A stretch of DNA of 63,210 nucleotides. Origin: a virus (lineage: Duplodnaviria; Caudoviricetes). Under the pieces are notes generated by a model that was not told the origin of the DNA, ran no database searches, and saw nothing but the letters and a program-made list of their open reading frames with translations. Positions 9,959 through 18,197 of this stretch are shown one piece after another. The stretch spans positions 1 to 63,210 of IMG/VR virus record IMGVR_UViG_3300037502_001755; one strand, given 5' to 3'. A program made the translations under genes and the position numbers. Position 1 is the first letter of the stretch. Every line of letters starts with the position of its first letter.

Positions 9959-10215
9959 TTAACCGAGTGGTCTGCGTTGCGCTTGTAGGTGCGGTTGTCG
10001 CTGGCAGTCTTCACCCTGAGGTTGGAGCGCGTCGTCGTGCCACCCTTGGACAGCGGCTTCTTGTGGTCAACGTCTTTGCCGTCGCCCTTGTGCACGAGTC
10101 CTTCGCGCTCCAGCATACGCCGGGCCTTGTTGCTTTGTGCTCGGCGCTTCTTGACCTCGGGCTTCTGCGCGTACGGGGGGTAGGTGTCACGATCAGCGGG
10201 GTTCTTGTAGGGCAT
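9955..10215 (-). CDS. Small HNH endonuclease
   Basis: DVDHKKPLSKGG...SNL...DNR; SD AAGGAG. Confidence 0.8.
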   Translation of the reverse strand: MPYKNPADRDTYPPYAQKPEVKKRRAQSNKARRMLEREGLVHKGDGKDVDHKKPLSKGGTTTRSNLRVKTASDNRTYKRNADHSVK

Positions 10216-10224
10216 GTTTGCTCC

Positions 10225-10539
10225 TTATCTAAACTGGTTGAGTTTTGCGAGGTCTTTTAGTTCATCGACCACGCGCTTGGGTTGGGTGCTCTCGGTCTTA
10301 ATCTTCATCACGTCAGCAGCGAGTCGCAGCGCCATCACGGTTGCGCACTCCGGGTGAAACCACACCGTTACGTACCCTTCAACAAGGTCGTGCAGTTGCG
10401 CAAGGCGCGGGTCTCTTGATTGTGTTAACTGGCCGTGCCCGCTGTGCTCTATGCCGTTTTGGTCTTCACGTATCTCTCCGTGACAAATATGGCAGAAACA
10501 TGGGTTGAGCATAAACTGCCCGGGGGGGTGTAGGGACAC
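10225..10539 (-). CDS. Hypothetical protein with CxxC...HxxC zinc motif
   Basis: CHIC...WFHPEC; GTG start after SD AAGGAG. Confidence 0.65.
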   Translation of the reverse strand: MSLHPPGQFMLNPCFCHICHGEIREDQNGIEHSGHGQLTQSRDPRLAQLHDLVEGYVTVWFHPECATVMALRLAADVMKIKTESTQPKRVVDELKDLAKLNQFR

Positions 10540-10548
10540 GTCTGCTCC

Positions 10549-11214
10549 TTAATGTTTGGGGTTGAACTCGCAGCCAGTGACTTGGCACCAGTTGCATAGG
10601 GGGGTTTGTGTGGGGTTCCATACATCGTTCTCGAAGCACGCCTCAAGTCGAGCCGTGCGTTCACGGTAGCGCCACCAAGCTGCGTCCTTGGCCCCGCGCT
10701 CCATCTGCATCTTCACCATGTCGTTCTTCACGATGAACAGCAGCGCCGAGTTGACCTTGCGGATGTGGGGGAAGTGCTCGAAGACCATGAGCGACATGAG
10801 CACAAGCTGATCCCTGTCGGGGTACTTGTTGCTGCCAGTCTTCCAGTCGCCCACCCACGCCGTGAGGTTCTCGTCGTCAATGATCAGGATGTCCGCAATG
10901 CCCCGCACCCACACGTCGGGGGACTTCCACGCGGTGGGCTTGAGGTCGGCTGTCAGCGCCATCTCATACTCAGCCAGCTTGCGTCCGGACTTGCTTAGCA
11001 TGGCGTCGGCCACGTCCTTGAACTGCGCGTACTCCGGGGGAATCTCCTTGCCGTCTCGGATGTACAGTTCCAACGCCTCGTGCACCTGATTGCCATACCT
11101 TGTTGCCTGCGTTTCCTGAAACGGGTACTTCTTCAAGACCTTGACCTCGTGGTATCTGCGGGCGCAGCCCTCGAAGTCTTTGAGAGAGGAGTGAGACCAA
11201 GCGGGCTTTTTCAT
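10549..11214 (-). CDS. Cas4/RecB-like PD-(D/E)XK exonuclease
   Basis: WSHS..CAR, GNQVHEALE, GIAD, DWKTG, QL, C-terminal CNWC...C. Confidence 0.85.
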   Translation of the reverse strand: MKKPAWSHSSLKDFEGCARRYHEVKVLKKYPFQETQATRYGNQVHEALELYIRDGKEIPPEYAQFKDVADAMLSKSGRKLAEYEMALTADLKPTAWKSPDVWVRGIADILIIDDENLTAWVGDWKTGSNKYPDRDQLVLMSLMVFEHFPHIRKVNSALLFIVKNDMVKMQMERGAKDAAWWRYRERTARLEACFENDVWNPTQTPLCNWCQVTGCEFNPKH

Positions 11215-11408
11215 GTTAGGAGCCAGTCAATTAGTTGCTTGCGGTTTTCTGCAACGCGTATGTCAACAGTGCTGTCGGTGTCACTGATCTGGCGCGACAG
11301 GTACCACCACTTCTTTTCGCACTGGTACTCCACGTACCAGCCACGCAGCACCGCCAGCGAGTCGATGGCGTCATCATCAAGCTCATAGTTTGGCGGTGTG
11401 GACGACAT
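11211..11408 (-). CDS. Hypothetical protein (~65 aa)
   Basis: Fills the operon gap with an ATGA-type overlap; start codon uncertain. Confidence 0.55.
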   Translation of the reverse strand: MSSTPPNYELDDDAIDSLAVLRGWYVEYQCEKKWWYLSRQISDTDSTVDIRVAENRKQLIDWLLT

Positions 11409-11691
11409 CATTGAGCCTGCGTGCAAAGTTATCGACGAAGTCCTCGTTGGCTTCGAGCTTGTGGCCCATGTCGTTGAGGATGGCGTGGGTCACCTCGTGC
11501 CAGAAGGTGTGCGCTTGATAGCGGTCAGCGACGAGGCGCTTGGTGCTGGGGTGACGCGAGGCGATGAAGATGTCACGGGTGGTGTAGTTGATGTCGCCAT
11601 ACACGTAGCGTGCACCGCTGCGGATCACGCCCGGTGCGACAGTGACTTTGTACAGCTTGCCGTTGATGCGAAATTGTTTTGGTATCTCCAT
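11383..11691 (-). CDS. Small zincin-like metallopeptidase
   Basis: TFWHEVTHAIL...NEDFVD (HExxH plus distal E). Confidence 0.75.
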   Translation of the reverse strand: MEIPKQFRINGKLYKVTVAPGVIRSGARYVYGDINYTTRDIFIASRHPSTKRLVADRYQAHTFWHEVTHAILNDMGHKLEANEDFVDNFARRLNDVVHTAKL

Positions 11692-11704
11692 TGTGTTGCT
11701 CCGT

Positions 11705-13675
11705 TTAGTTCTTGGCTAACCCATATCGGCGGTGTGCGCCACCGTCAGCGGCCAGAGGTATCCCCGGCATGTACTTCGGCTCCATGGTCATCTGCGCCAA
11801 GACCCAAGTCTTAGCGTCAGCGACCTCCTCATCGGGCACAACTGCAATCAACTCGTCATGCACTGTGCCCGCCACGGGGTACTTCTTAGCCACCCGCAGC
11901 ATCCCATCCGTCATCACGATCCGCGCTGCCCCCTGCACCACGTTGTTCGTGATCTTGCCCGGGTACAGCTTCGTCTCGTCCTGTCCGTACACCCACTGCA
12001 TCTGACCCGTGTCTTTGTCCTTGACCTGACGCAGATTCGGGTACAGCAAGCTCATGCCGTTGGGCAATACGATCTCCTCCTTTCGGAAGGTGAGACATTT
12101 ATACACGACCTCCTCGCCGCCGACAAGGCTGCGCGTGAGTAGCTGCCCCATCAACTCCCAGAAGGCAACCACTGGCCAAGCCGTTGATCGGTAGATGTCG
12201 ATGATCTTCTTGGCCGCCACGCAGTGTGTAAGAAGTTCTTCCTCAGTACAGATGTGCGGGATGTCCAGCATCTTCTGCACGTTCGCGTCGTCGCTTAGAA
12301 ACTTCTCTACGTACGCCCGGTTCACGCCCAGCTTCTTGGCGAACGCCATCTCGTAGCGCACCGGGGGAGCCCCGAGGAAGCCAACGAGTAGCTGCGCGGC
12401 AAAGCTGGCCCACCCAAGGCCATACCCACAGCCCAGCAGGGCCGACTTCGCGCTCTGGCGCAGGTCTGGGTGGCTGTCTTTGGTCAGCCCGGGGATGTTG
12501 AACATCTGCGCGCCGAAGGCTGCGTAGGGGTCGCCGCCTGACTTGAAGATCAACAGCATGTCCTCGTAGTCAGCCAGCCATGCCAGCACCCGGGGCTCGA
12601 TCTGGGATAAGTCGCCCACCACCAACTGGTGCCCCTCGGGGGCCATGATGGCCTTGCGCAGGAAGCTGCCGCGCTTGAGGTTTTGCATGTTGATGGCGCT
12701 GCCCTTGGCCGCCGCCCACCGCCCCGACTTGGCTCCGTAGTAGCTCAGGGGTACAGGCAGGGGGCCGCGCGTGGAGATGTCTAGGAAACGCTGCGCCCGC
12801 GTGCGCTCCGTCGTTGACTTAACTTTGAGTCGCGCTTCACAGAGCGCTGCAACTTCCTCATTCCCACCATTGAGGAGTGCTTGGAAGAGCGCATCGTTCT
12901 TGGCAAGCGCGAGCGTACGCTTACCAGTCGTCTTGCTAACCTTCGTAGGCGGCTCGACACCAAGCGCTTTGAGCGCTTCTGCAAAACGCGGGTTCGATGC
13001 CAGAACAGCTTCATCCAAGCCGAGCCTGTGTAATAGACCTTCACGTTTGGTTTTCTCCTCTTCAAGTGCTTTCTCTAACATCTGCGAGTCCAACACCAGC
13101 AGCGGGTTGGTGTACATCTTGAGCGTCATGTCAATAAGACGTAGCTCTTTCGCGGGGTAACCATCGCCCAGTCGTGTGAAAATCTCCTCGCACAGATACA
13201 CATCATGTTTGCAGTATTCAGCGAGTTCTTGTTCGATATCTGGAGTAAGTTCGCTAAGCCCGTCAGTCGAGTGAACGGCTTTCCCTTTTGGCGGTAGTGC
13301 GAAGTCTTCGGAAAGCTTTGCAAGGGAATTGCCAACTTCCACACCGCGTAAAGCTCTCGCCATTGATAGGGTGTCGAAGATGAAGGCTGGGCGTACGCCG
13401 TACCGCCATCCCAGTATGGAGATATCGAATTGGGAGTTATGCGCAAGGACGGCGGTTCGTCCCCAGTCGATTCCAGAAAGGAACTGAGGTAGGTCTGCTC
13501 CTCCAACCCATTTAATTGGCTCGTCGCTTCCGTATACATGGAAGCAAGCTCCGAATGCCTTGAAGCGTTCATCACGGATGTACTCCTCGGTTGTCATCTT
13601 TGACAAGGTGTAGTCGCTGCGATCCCAGCGGGTCTCGAAATCCACAGTCAGAATGCGGTCGTAGGGGCGGCTCAA
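11705..13675 (-). CDS. polA: Family A DNA polymerase with 3'-5' exonuclease
   Basis: Exo motifs DFET, HNSQFD, YCKHD; polymerase motifs DLSQIEPR, RQSAKSALLGCGYG, VHDE. Confidence 0.95.
   Translation of the reverse strand: MSRPYDRILTVDFETRWDRSDYTLSKMTTEEYIRDERFKAFGACFHVYGSDEPIKWVGGADLPQFLSGIDWGRTAVLAHNSQFDISILGWRYGVRPAFIFDTLSMARALRGVEVGNSLAKLSEDFALPPKGKAVHSTDGLSELTPDIEQELAEYCKHDVYLCEEIFTRLGDGYPAKELRLIDMTLKMYTNPLLVLDSQMLEKALEEEKTKREGLLHRLGLDEAVLASNPRFAEALKALGVEPPTKVSKTTGKRTLALAKNDALFQALLNGGNEEVAALCEARLKVKSTTERTRAQRFLDISTRGPLPVPLSYYGAKSGRWAAAKGSAINMQNLKRGSFLRKAIMAPEGHQLVVGDLSQIEPRVLAWLADYEDMLLIFKSGGDPYAAFGAQMFNIPGLTKDSHPDLRQSAKSALLGCGYGLGWASFAAQLLVGFLGAPPVRYEMAFAKKLGVNRAYVEKFLSDDANVQKMLDIPHICTEEELLTHCVAAKKIIDIYRSTAWPVVAFWELMGQLLTRSLVGGEEVVYKCLTFRKEEIVLPNGMSLLYPNLRQVKDKDTGQMQWVYGQDETKLYPGKITNNVVQGAARIVMTDGMLRVAKKYPVAGTVHDELIAVVPDEEVADAKTWVLAQMTMEPKYMPGIPLAADGGAHRRYGLAKN
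13126..13575 (-). CDS. Candidate overprinted ORF in the +1 frame of polA (149 aa)
   Basis: SD GAGGAG 7 nt before GTG; polA codons switch to A/T-ending across this interval. Confidence 0.35.
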   Translation of the reverse strand: MMNASRHSELASMYTEATSQLNGLEEQTYLSSFLESTGDEPPSLRITPNSISPYWDGGTAYAQPSSSTPYQWRELYAVWKLAIPLQSFPKTSHYRQKGKPFTRLTGLANLLQISNKNSLNTANMMCICARRFSHDWAMVTPRKSYVLLT

Positions 13676-13959
13676 TTGAAGGCCCCGCTTTCAGGCGCGT
13701 CACGCATCAGCAGCGCGGTGTGTTTGGGCATGGCTTCGACGATCATTGCGTACGCCTCGAACTCGTCGGCGTTGATGTGGAACACCGCGCTTTGGGTGTC
13801 GTCGGACAGCAGCAGGATGCCCTTGGCCTTGGCATCACGTCGGTACAGCTTGGACAGCACGGGCAGCAGGCGGGCGAAGCTCTCTTGTGCGTCGTCATCC
13901 ATGTGCGCTACGTCCTCGGTCAGGTCGGCCAGACATCGGGCCACAGTTTGTTTATTCAT
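13672..13959 (-). CDS. Hypothetical protein
   Basis: 95-aa ORF coupled to VRR-NUC and polA. Confidence 0.7.
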   Translation of the reverse strand: MNKQTVARCLADLTEDVAHMDDDAQESFARLLPVLSKLYRRDAKAKGILLLSDDTQSAVFHINADEFEAYAMIVEAMPKHTALLMRDAPESGAFN

Positions 13960-14263
13960 ATCGCATCATCTCTTTCATCCCAGTGATGTGCTTGTCGAGT
14001 TCGTCGAGGTTGGTCTCGCGCACCACAATCGCGACACCTCCACTCTCAACAATGCGGGTGATGTGGTCTTCCTGCAAGGCGGTGGTCTTACCCGTACCCG
14101 CCTTGGCTTCGATGGCGAAGAAGACGCCGCCCACGCAGCACAAGAAGTCCGGCACTCCGCTGTTGCCGTACCCGGTGCCAATCGGCATGGCGTAGTACAC
14201 GCCGTGCTTTTCGAGGATTGCACGTATTTTTTTCTTGACTAGCGCTTCTGGCGTAGAGGCCAT
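13952..14263 (-). CDS. VRR-NUC endonuclease / Holliday junction resolvase
   Basis: E..VKK, GVPDFL, AIEAKA, TALQ motifs; SD AAGGAG. Confidence 0.9.
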   Translation of the reverse strand: MASTPEALVKKKIRAILEKHGVYYAMPIGTGYGNSGVPDFLCCVGGVFFAIEAKAGTGKTTALQEDHITRIVESGGVAIVVRETNLDELDKHITGMKEMMRYE

Positions 14264-14287
14264 CTTCTTCTCCTTGTTGTTAAAGAT

Positions 14288-14443
14288 CGGGGGATGTGTA
14301 GATTCAGCGCCCCCGGCCGCTGTAATGGAGATAGACAGTGATGCTCACTTTTACAAGTTGCCGACACACCACCACCCACAAACGCACGTTTACATCTACA
14401 AGGCTTGCGTGCGTTAGACCAACCAAAATGTCGGCTTTGGTTG
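14288..14443 (-). ncRNA. Candidate triple-pseudoknot structured RNA upstream of the VRR-NUC/polA operon
   Basis: Three hairpins whose loops pair perfectly (7, 7 and 6 bp) with distal segments; strand inferred from flanking genes. Confidence 0.7.
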
Positions 14444-14447
14444 AAGC

Positions 14448-14627
14448 TTAGAACGGCGCGGCTGGCGCGTCGGTCTGTTTATTTGGTTGCGCTTGTTTGT
14501 TCAGGTGTGCCAACACTTTAGCGTCGGCGCGCATAAAAGGCCACCACTTTCGGCTTTGCAGCGCAGCAATCTCTGACGGCTGCGACTTAGTCCAGCGTGG
14601 TGAACTTGGGCGCTTGGGCGTACTCAT
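14448..14627 (-). CDS. Hypothetical protein (59 aa, MSTPKRPSSPRW...WWPF...AAPF)
   Basis: Translated by hand; ATGA overlap with upstream gene. Confidence 0.6.
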   Translation of the reverse strand: MSTPKRPSSPRWTKSQPSEIAALQSRKWWPFMRADAKVLAHLNKQAQPNKQTDAPAAPF

Positions 14628-14869
14628 AGTATCTGCCCCGCCCGCGTGAAGACTGTGAACTGCCTGACGCTGATGATGCGCTCGGACAGGGCCGCCACGT
14701 TACTGATGTCTTTGCCCTTCGCACGTTCGCGCTCGACCACCATCGTCTGGTTGTGCGACAGGGTAGCCGCTGCTTTCAAGTTAGGGTCGGTGGCGAAGAT
14801 TGACGGGCGCGGGTTGTCGCGCCAGTGGAAGGGGCTGTCCGGGGGGCACTTGCATGTGTACGTATTCAT
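14624..14869 (-). CDS. Hypothetical protein (81 aa)
   Basis: ATG overlaps upstream stop; CKCPPDSPFHW motif. Confidence 0.65.
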   Translation of the reverse strand: MNTYTCKCPPDSPFHWRDNPRPSIFATDPNLKAAATLSHNQTMVVERERAKGKDISNVAALSERIISVRQFTVFTRAGQIL

Positions 14870-15099
14870 TTCTTTTTCGTCTCCGGTTTGGGGCAGTGGG
14901 GAGGGGGCACGACGACACACCACACAGCAGCGAGGCGTCGGCCCGTCTTTTGCCATCTATCAATATACGCATCAGGGAACTTGTGCAGCATACGGTGAAC
15001 GTGCGTGTTGTCAGTGCCGACGGCCTCCGCGATTTGGGCGACAGTCATCCCGTCGCTGTTTCGCAATAGCTCTCGCACAATGTTTTGTCTATGTCCCAT
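14866..15099 (-). CDS. Winged-HTH protein (77 aa)
   Basis: GMTVAQIAEAVGTDNTHVHRML; C-terminal PPPHCPKP. Confidence 0.7.
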   Translation of the reverse strand: MGHRQNIVRELLRNSDGMTVAQIAEAVGTDNTHVHRMLHKFPDAYIDRWQKTGRRLAAVWCVVVPPPHCPKPETKKK

Positions 15100-15262
15100 A
15101 GCTCACAGCAAACCAAACGACAGCCCATGCGGCAGCAACAACAGACCAGAACTTGATATTGGGCCACAGGTCTTCAATCTCGGCGATCATCATGACAAAC
15201 GGAATCGTGATCAGCATCAGGACTGCGGTGGCTAACAGGAAGATGATGATGGCGAGGGTCAT
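15089..15262 (-). CDS. Small two-TM membrane protein (57 aa)
   Basis: Translated by hand: MTLAIIIFLLATAVLMLITIPF...VVAAAWAVVWFAV; SD GGGAG. Confidence 0.6.
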   Translation of the reverse strand: MTLAIIIFLLATAVLMLITIPFVMMIAEIEDLWPNIKFWSVVAAAWAVVWFAVSYGT

Positions 15263-15492
15263 TGAATTCTCCCCCGCATCGCCTCAATCTGCGCCCGTTG
15301 TTGATCCATCAGCGCATCACGTTGTTGGCATGCCTGCTCGTACATTGCGTAAAGCCGGTCAATACGATCTTGCGCCTCAAGTTTTGCCTCGCCGATCATG
15401 CCGATCAGGTGCTTGATCTCGTTGACTAGCGCCACGACAGTCTCTGGAGTAACCGGCACAATAGCACCGGGCATCAGCCATTCTTCTTTCAT
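15259..15492 (-). CDS. Hypothetical coiled-coil protein (77 aa)
   Basis: SD GAGGAGG, ATGA overlap. Confidence 0.65.
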   Translation of the reverse strand: MKEEWLMPGAIVPVTPETVVALVNEIKHLIGMIGEAKLEAQDRIDRLYAMYEQACQQRDALMDQQRAQIEAMRGRIQ

Positions 15493-15653
15493 TCCCAATC
15501 CTCCTCATCGCCTTCCATATGGCTGCGAATCAAGTGGGCCTTGATCACCTCCAGCACCCCGAGCACGGACACAAGGGGTATGGATTCTTCGTAGCGGCCG
15601 ATAACTTCCAATAGCTCGTCGGTTAACCCTTCGGCAAGTTTCAGCGGGGTCAT
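15489..15653 (-). CDS. Hypothetical protein (54 aa) between 18-bp direct repeats
   Basis: SD GAGGAGG, ATGA overlap. Confidence 0.65.
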   Translation of the reverse strand: MTPLKLAEGLTDELLEVIGRYEESIPLVSVLGVLEVIKAHLIRSHMEGDEEDWE

Positions 15654-15667
15654 TCCCAATCCTCCTC
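15489..15667. repeat. 18-bp direct repeat TCATTCCCAATCCTCCTC (15489-15506 and 15650-15667)
   Basis: Exact copies; each contains an SD and a stop/start overlap. Confidence 0.9.
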
Positions 15668-15811
15668 TTTCAGTTCTTCCAGACATTCGGCCCAGCCCAG
15701 CAGCATGTACCACGAATACACCTCGTTGCCTCGATTAAACGTGAAGTGCGCCATAGCCAAGTAATTAATAGCGGTTGACCACCAGCGGCTTCTTTCGTAG
15801 TCAGGGTGCAT
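15650..15811 (-). CDS. Hypothetical protein (53 aa)
   Basis: SD GAGGAG, start MHPDYERSRW. Confidence 0.6.
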   Translation of the reverse strand: MHPDYERSRWWSTAINYLAMAHFTFNRGNEVYSWYMLLGWAECLEELKEEDWE

Positions 15812-16145
15812 TGTTGTCTCCTCTTGCGCGGATGGCAGCGGCGCAGTCCTCGGCAGTCGCCTTCTGTAGTTCCAATTCAGGGCCAAATGGTTTCAGGTTT
15901 TCACACACCCGCGCACACGCCTCGCGCTCGGCGGCTACAGCATCCTCCATCGTCTTGATGTGCGCGTTAATATTCGCAATCTGCGGAGCGTTTAACATAA
16001 TGATGCGCTCGCGCTCGGCTGCGGCGACAAGGGCGGCGAAATGGACAAGCTCAGTTACACCCCAACGCGCTGGCTCCACCCACTTGTCTCCTGTGCGTAC
16101 AAGCCCAGTTTCCCGCGCCATCTTGACGATTTCATCTTGGGTCAT
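15801..16145 (-). CDS. Hypothetical phage protein (AAERE repeats, CxxxC)
   Basis: FAALVAAAERE...AAEREACARVCE...CAAAIRARG. Confidence 0.7.
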   Translation of the reverse strand: MTQDEIVKMARETGLVRTGDKWVEPARWGVTELVHFAALVAAAERERIIMLNAPQIANINAHIKTMEDAVAAEREACARVCENLKPFGPELELQKATAEDCAAAIRARGDNNAP

Positions 16146-16372
16146 GCCAATCCTCCGTGCATCGTCCACTCCCTCGCTTTCTCTGCCATAAACAATCCCT
16201 CAGCCCGGGTCATCTTGGATGAGCGAACAAATAGCTCGCCATCCTCGTCGTAGCCAAGGATAAAAACATCGGTCAGCCGACCCTCACGGCACATATCCAG
16301 CGCAGACAGCAGCGCCTGCTCCGGGGTGTAGTTCACGCTGGCGGGCAGCGAGATCACATTCTTGTTGTTCAT
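16142..16372 (-). CDS. Hypothetical protein (76 aa)
   Basis: DVFILGYDEDGEL..RSS motif; coupled overlap. Confidence 0.65.
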   Translation of the reverse strand: MNNKNVISLPASVNYTPEQALLSALDMCREGRLTDVFILGYDEDGELFVRSSKMTRAEGLFMAEKAREWTMHGGLA

Positions 16373-16373
16373 C

Positions 16374-16511
16374 TCAGTACCCCCAGCGAATACGAAAGCA
16401 CACCAGATACAGGTGCAGGACAAATTCGCTGCCACTACCGACGAACCCAATAGCGAAGCAGGGCCACTTGCGCGGCAAAAATTCGGTAGTCAGGTGTAGG
16501 CTCTTTCTCAT
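16374..16511 (-). CDS. Hypothetical protein (45 aa)
   Basis: Translated by hand: MRKSLHLTTEFLPRKWPCF...; ATGA overlap. Confidence 0.5.
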   Translation of the reverse strand: MRKSLHLTTEFLPRKWPCFAIGFVGSGSEFVLHLYLVCFRIRWGY

Positions 16512-16993
16512 GCGTTTTTCTCCTTGAGCTTGGCTTCGATGGCGCGGGCAAAATCAAGCGTGCAGTCTTGCCAGTTAAGGTCGCCAAAACAACTCCCTTC
16601 ATTTCCTGTACTAGCGGTGTCCCAGACCTCCTCATCCGTCAGCCCCACCCACGGCTTGCTGATCGTGAAGTCTTTGCCCTCTTTCATGGCTGGCACTACA
16701 CCAATCTTCATCTCACCATCGGTCTTGTATGCGGCGTAGGTCTGGAACTTGTACTCGGCCATGACTGTCTCGGGCTCCTCCCGCTCAGGCTGTAGGCTGC
16801 CCTTTGCAGGCACAACTTCCAACTTGCTTTCCCCAGCCACGCACTGGGCCTCCTCCCGCGCCAGCCGCTCGCGCAGGGCGGTAGATGCCACGCATACCGG
16901 GCAATCGCAGTTGTGCGGCTTTCGAGGCTCAATACAGTCAGCGGCCCAGTCCAGCGCCTCCAGCGCCTGCTGCATTAACTCGCGGTCGTTCAT
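16508..16993 (-). CDS. Hypothetical phage protein
   Basis: MQQALEAL...WVGLTDEE...FARAIEAKLKEKN mosaic motifs. Confidence 0.75.
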   Translation of the reverse strand: MNDRELMQQALEALDWAADCIEPRKPHNCDCPVCVASTALRERLAREEAQCVAGESKLEVVPAKGSLQPEREEPETVMAEYKFQTYAAYKTDGEMKIGVVPAMKEGKDFTISKPWVGLTDEEVWDTASTGNEGSCFGDLNWQDCTLDFARAIEAKLKEKNA

Positions 16994-17181
16994 TTCACCC
17001 TCCGCATCGGCTCCCAGCGGCCTTCAGGAATCTTCTCGGGGGGTGGCGGGGTCATCGTGGCACTGGGTGGTGTCCACCCGTGCCTGCGCCACGTTGCCTG
17101 TACGTCAGCGCCTCGCGTTGGTTTGAAGCGCTCATTAAACACATGCACGCTCGGTTCTACTCGGGTCTGTTCTCGTTTCAT
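16990..17181 (-). CDS. Hypothetical protein (63 aa)
   Basis: DVQATWRRHGWTPPS; ATGA overlaps on both sides. Confidence 0.65.
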   Translation of the reverse strand: MKREQTRVEPSVHVFNERFKPTRGADVQATWRRHGWTPPSATMTPPPPEKIPEGRWEPMRRVK

Positions 17182-18182
17182 TTTGTGTCTCCAAAAAACT
17201 TCTTGAGTTCATCGTAAAGCTGCTTGGCCTGCACCAACGTCAACTGGTTCAGGATGTCGTTGCCCGTGACCTGCGGCCTGACCGCAGGAGCAACCACCAC
17301 AGGCTCCTCCACCATCGTCACGGGGAGCGGCGCAGCCTCAACAGTATCCACCACTTGGGTTCGGCGAGTGTACGTGCGCTTGGGTGCGGCGACAGCCTTC
17401 TTGCGGGGCTTCGGTTTGTCCTCAATCAACATACGCTTGCCGTCGCGCATGACCATCCGAAGATGTGCGCGGGGCATCAACTCAGCCAGCTTCTTCGTCA
17501 CGACTGTCGAATAGGTCTTAAGCGGTGTGTACTCGGGAACCAGTGCACGCAGACAGTTGTAGTTGTCTCGGTGAAACATCTCCTGCTGCACCATCTGGCT
17601 GATCAGGGCGCTGACTGTCTTGCCGCTGAACCCCTTTGCCACAAGGTCGTTGGTGGCCTTTATACGGGAGATGCCGGGGTTGTCCCGCACGTAGTTGAAC
17701 GTCTCGCGGGTGACGTTGTTGGTGGGCTTGAACGCGCTAGAGGGCACGGGGTGGGTGGTCTGCGTAGGTTGCACGGAAGTCTCCTGTGGTTGCGTGGTCT
17801 GCGTGGTTTGGGGGGTGGTCTGATCGGGTTCGTCGTCCCACTCGGAGGGAACCGAGTTTGTGCGCTCAATGGCTTGTTTCAAAGCGTCTTGCAAAGAAGG
17901 CATGATGAATGTTCCTTTTTGGTTGGAGAGTTGCTCTTTGAGTTGCTTAATCCACTGCACGACTTCGCGTTTGTTGTAGTAAGGCGTGCGGTGGTTGTGG
18001 TAAACCCCTTGCACAGGCTTGGGGGCTCCGGGGTACTGCGCCGCCCAGCGACCGAACCATTGCGGCGATACACCCGCCGCTTCGCAGCACTCTTTCAGGG
18101 TGTGCAAAGGTTCGTGCCGCTTGCCTGATGCCTTATCTGCTTTGCGGCGGCGCATCATGTCGGAGAGTGTTTCGTATCTCAC
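17178..18182 (-). CDS. Excisionase/AlpA-like HTH fused to a winged-helix protein; probable internal start at 17903
   Basis: TLKECCEAAGVSPQW...PGAPKP...YYNKREVVQW; internal SD AAAGGA before MPSLQDALK. Confidence 0.65.
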   Translation of the reverse strand: MRYETLSDMMRRRKADKASGKRHEPLHTLKECCEAAGVSPQWFGRWAAQYPGAPKPVQGVYHNHRTPYYNKREVVQWIKQLKEQLSNQKGTFIMPSLQDALKQAIERTNSVPSEWDDEPDQTTPQTTQTTQPQETSVQPTQTTHPVPSSAFKPTNNVTRETFNYVRDNPGISRIKATNDLVAKGFSGKTVSALISQMVQQEMFHRDNYNCLRALVPEYTPLKTYSTVVTKKLAELMPRAHLRMVMRDGKRMLIEDKPKPRKKAVAAPKRTYTRRTQVVDTVEAAPLPVTMVEEPVVVAPAVRPQVTGNDILNQLTLVQAKQLYDELKKFFGDTK

Positions 18183-18197
18183 ATCGCGGTTCCTTTC

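Noticed and set aside
14364-14380. Complementarity (8-9 nt) between the 14.3-kb RNA and the HTH gene leader at ~6425-6439
   Set aside because: Low-complexity CA/GT sequence; about one such match is expected by chance across all leaders
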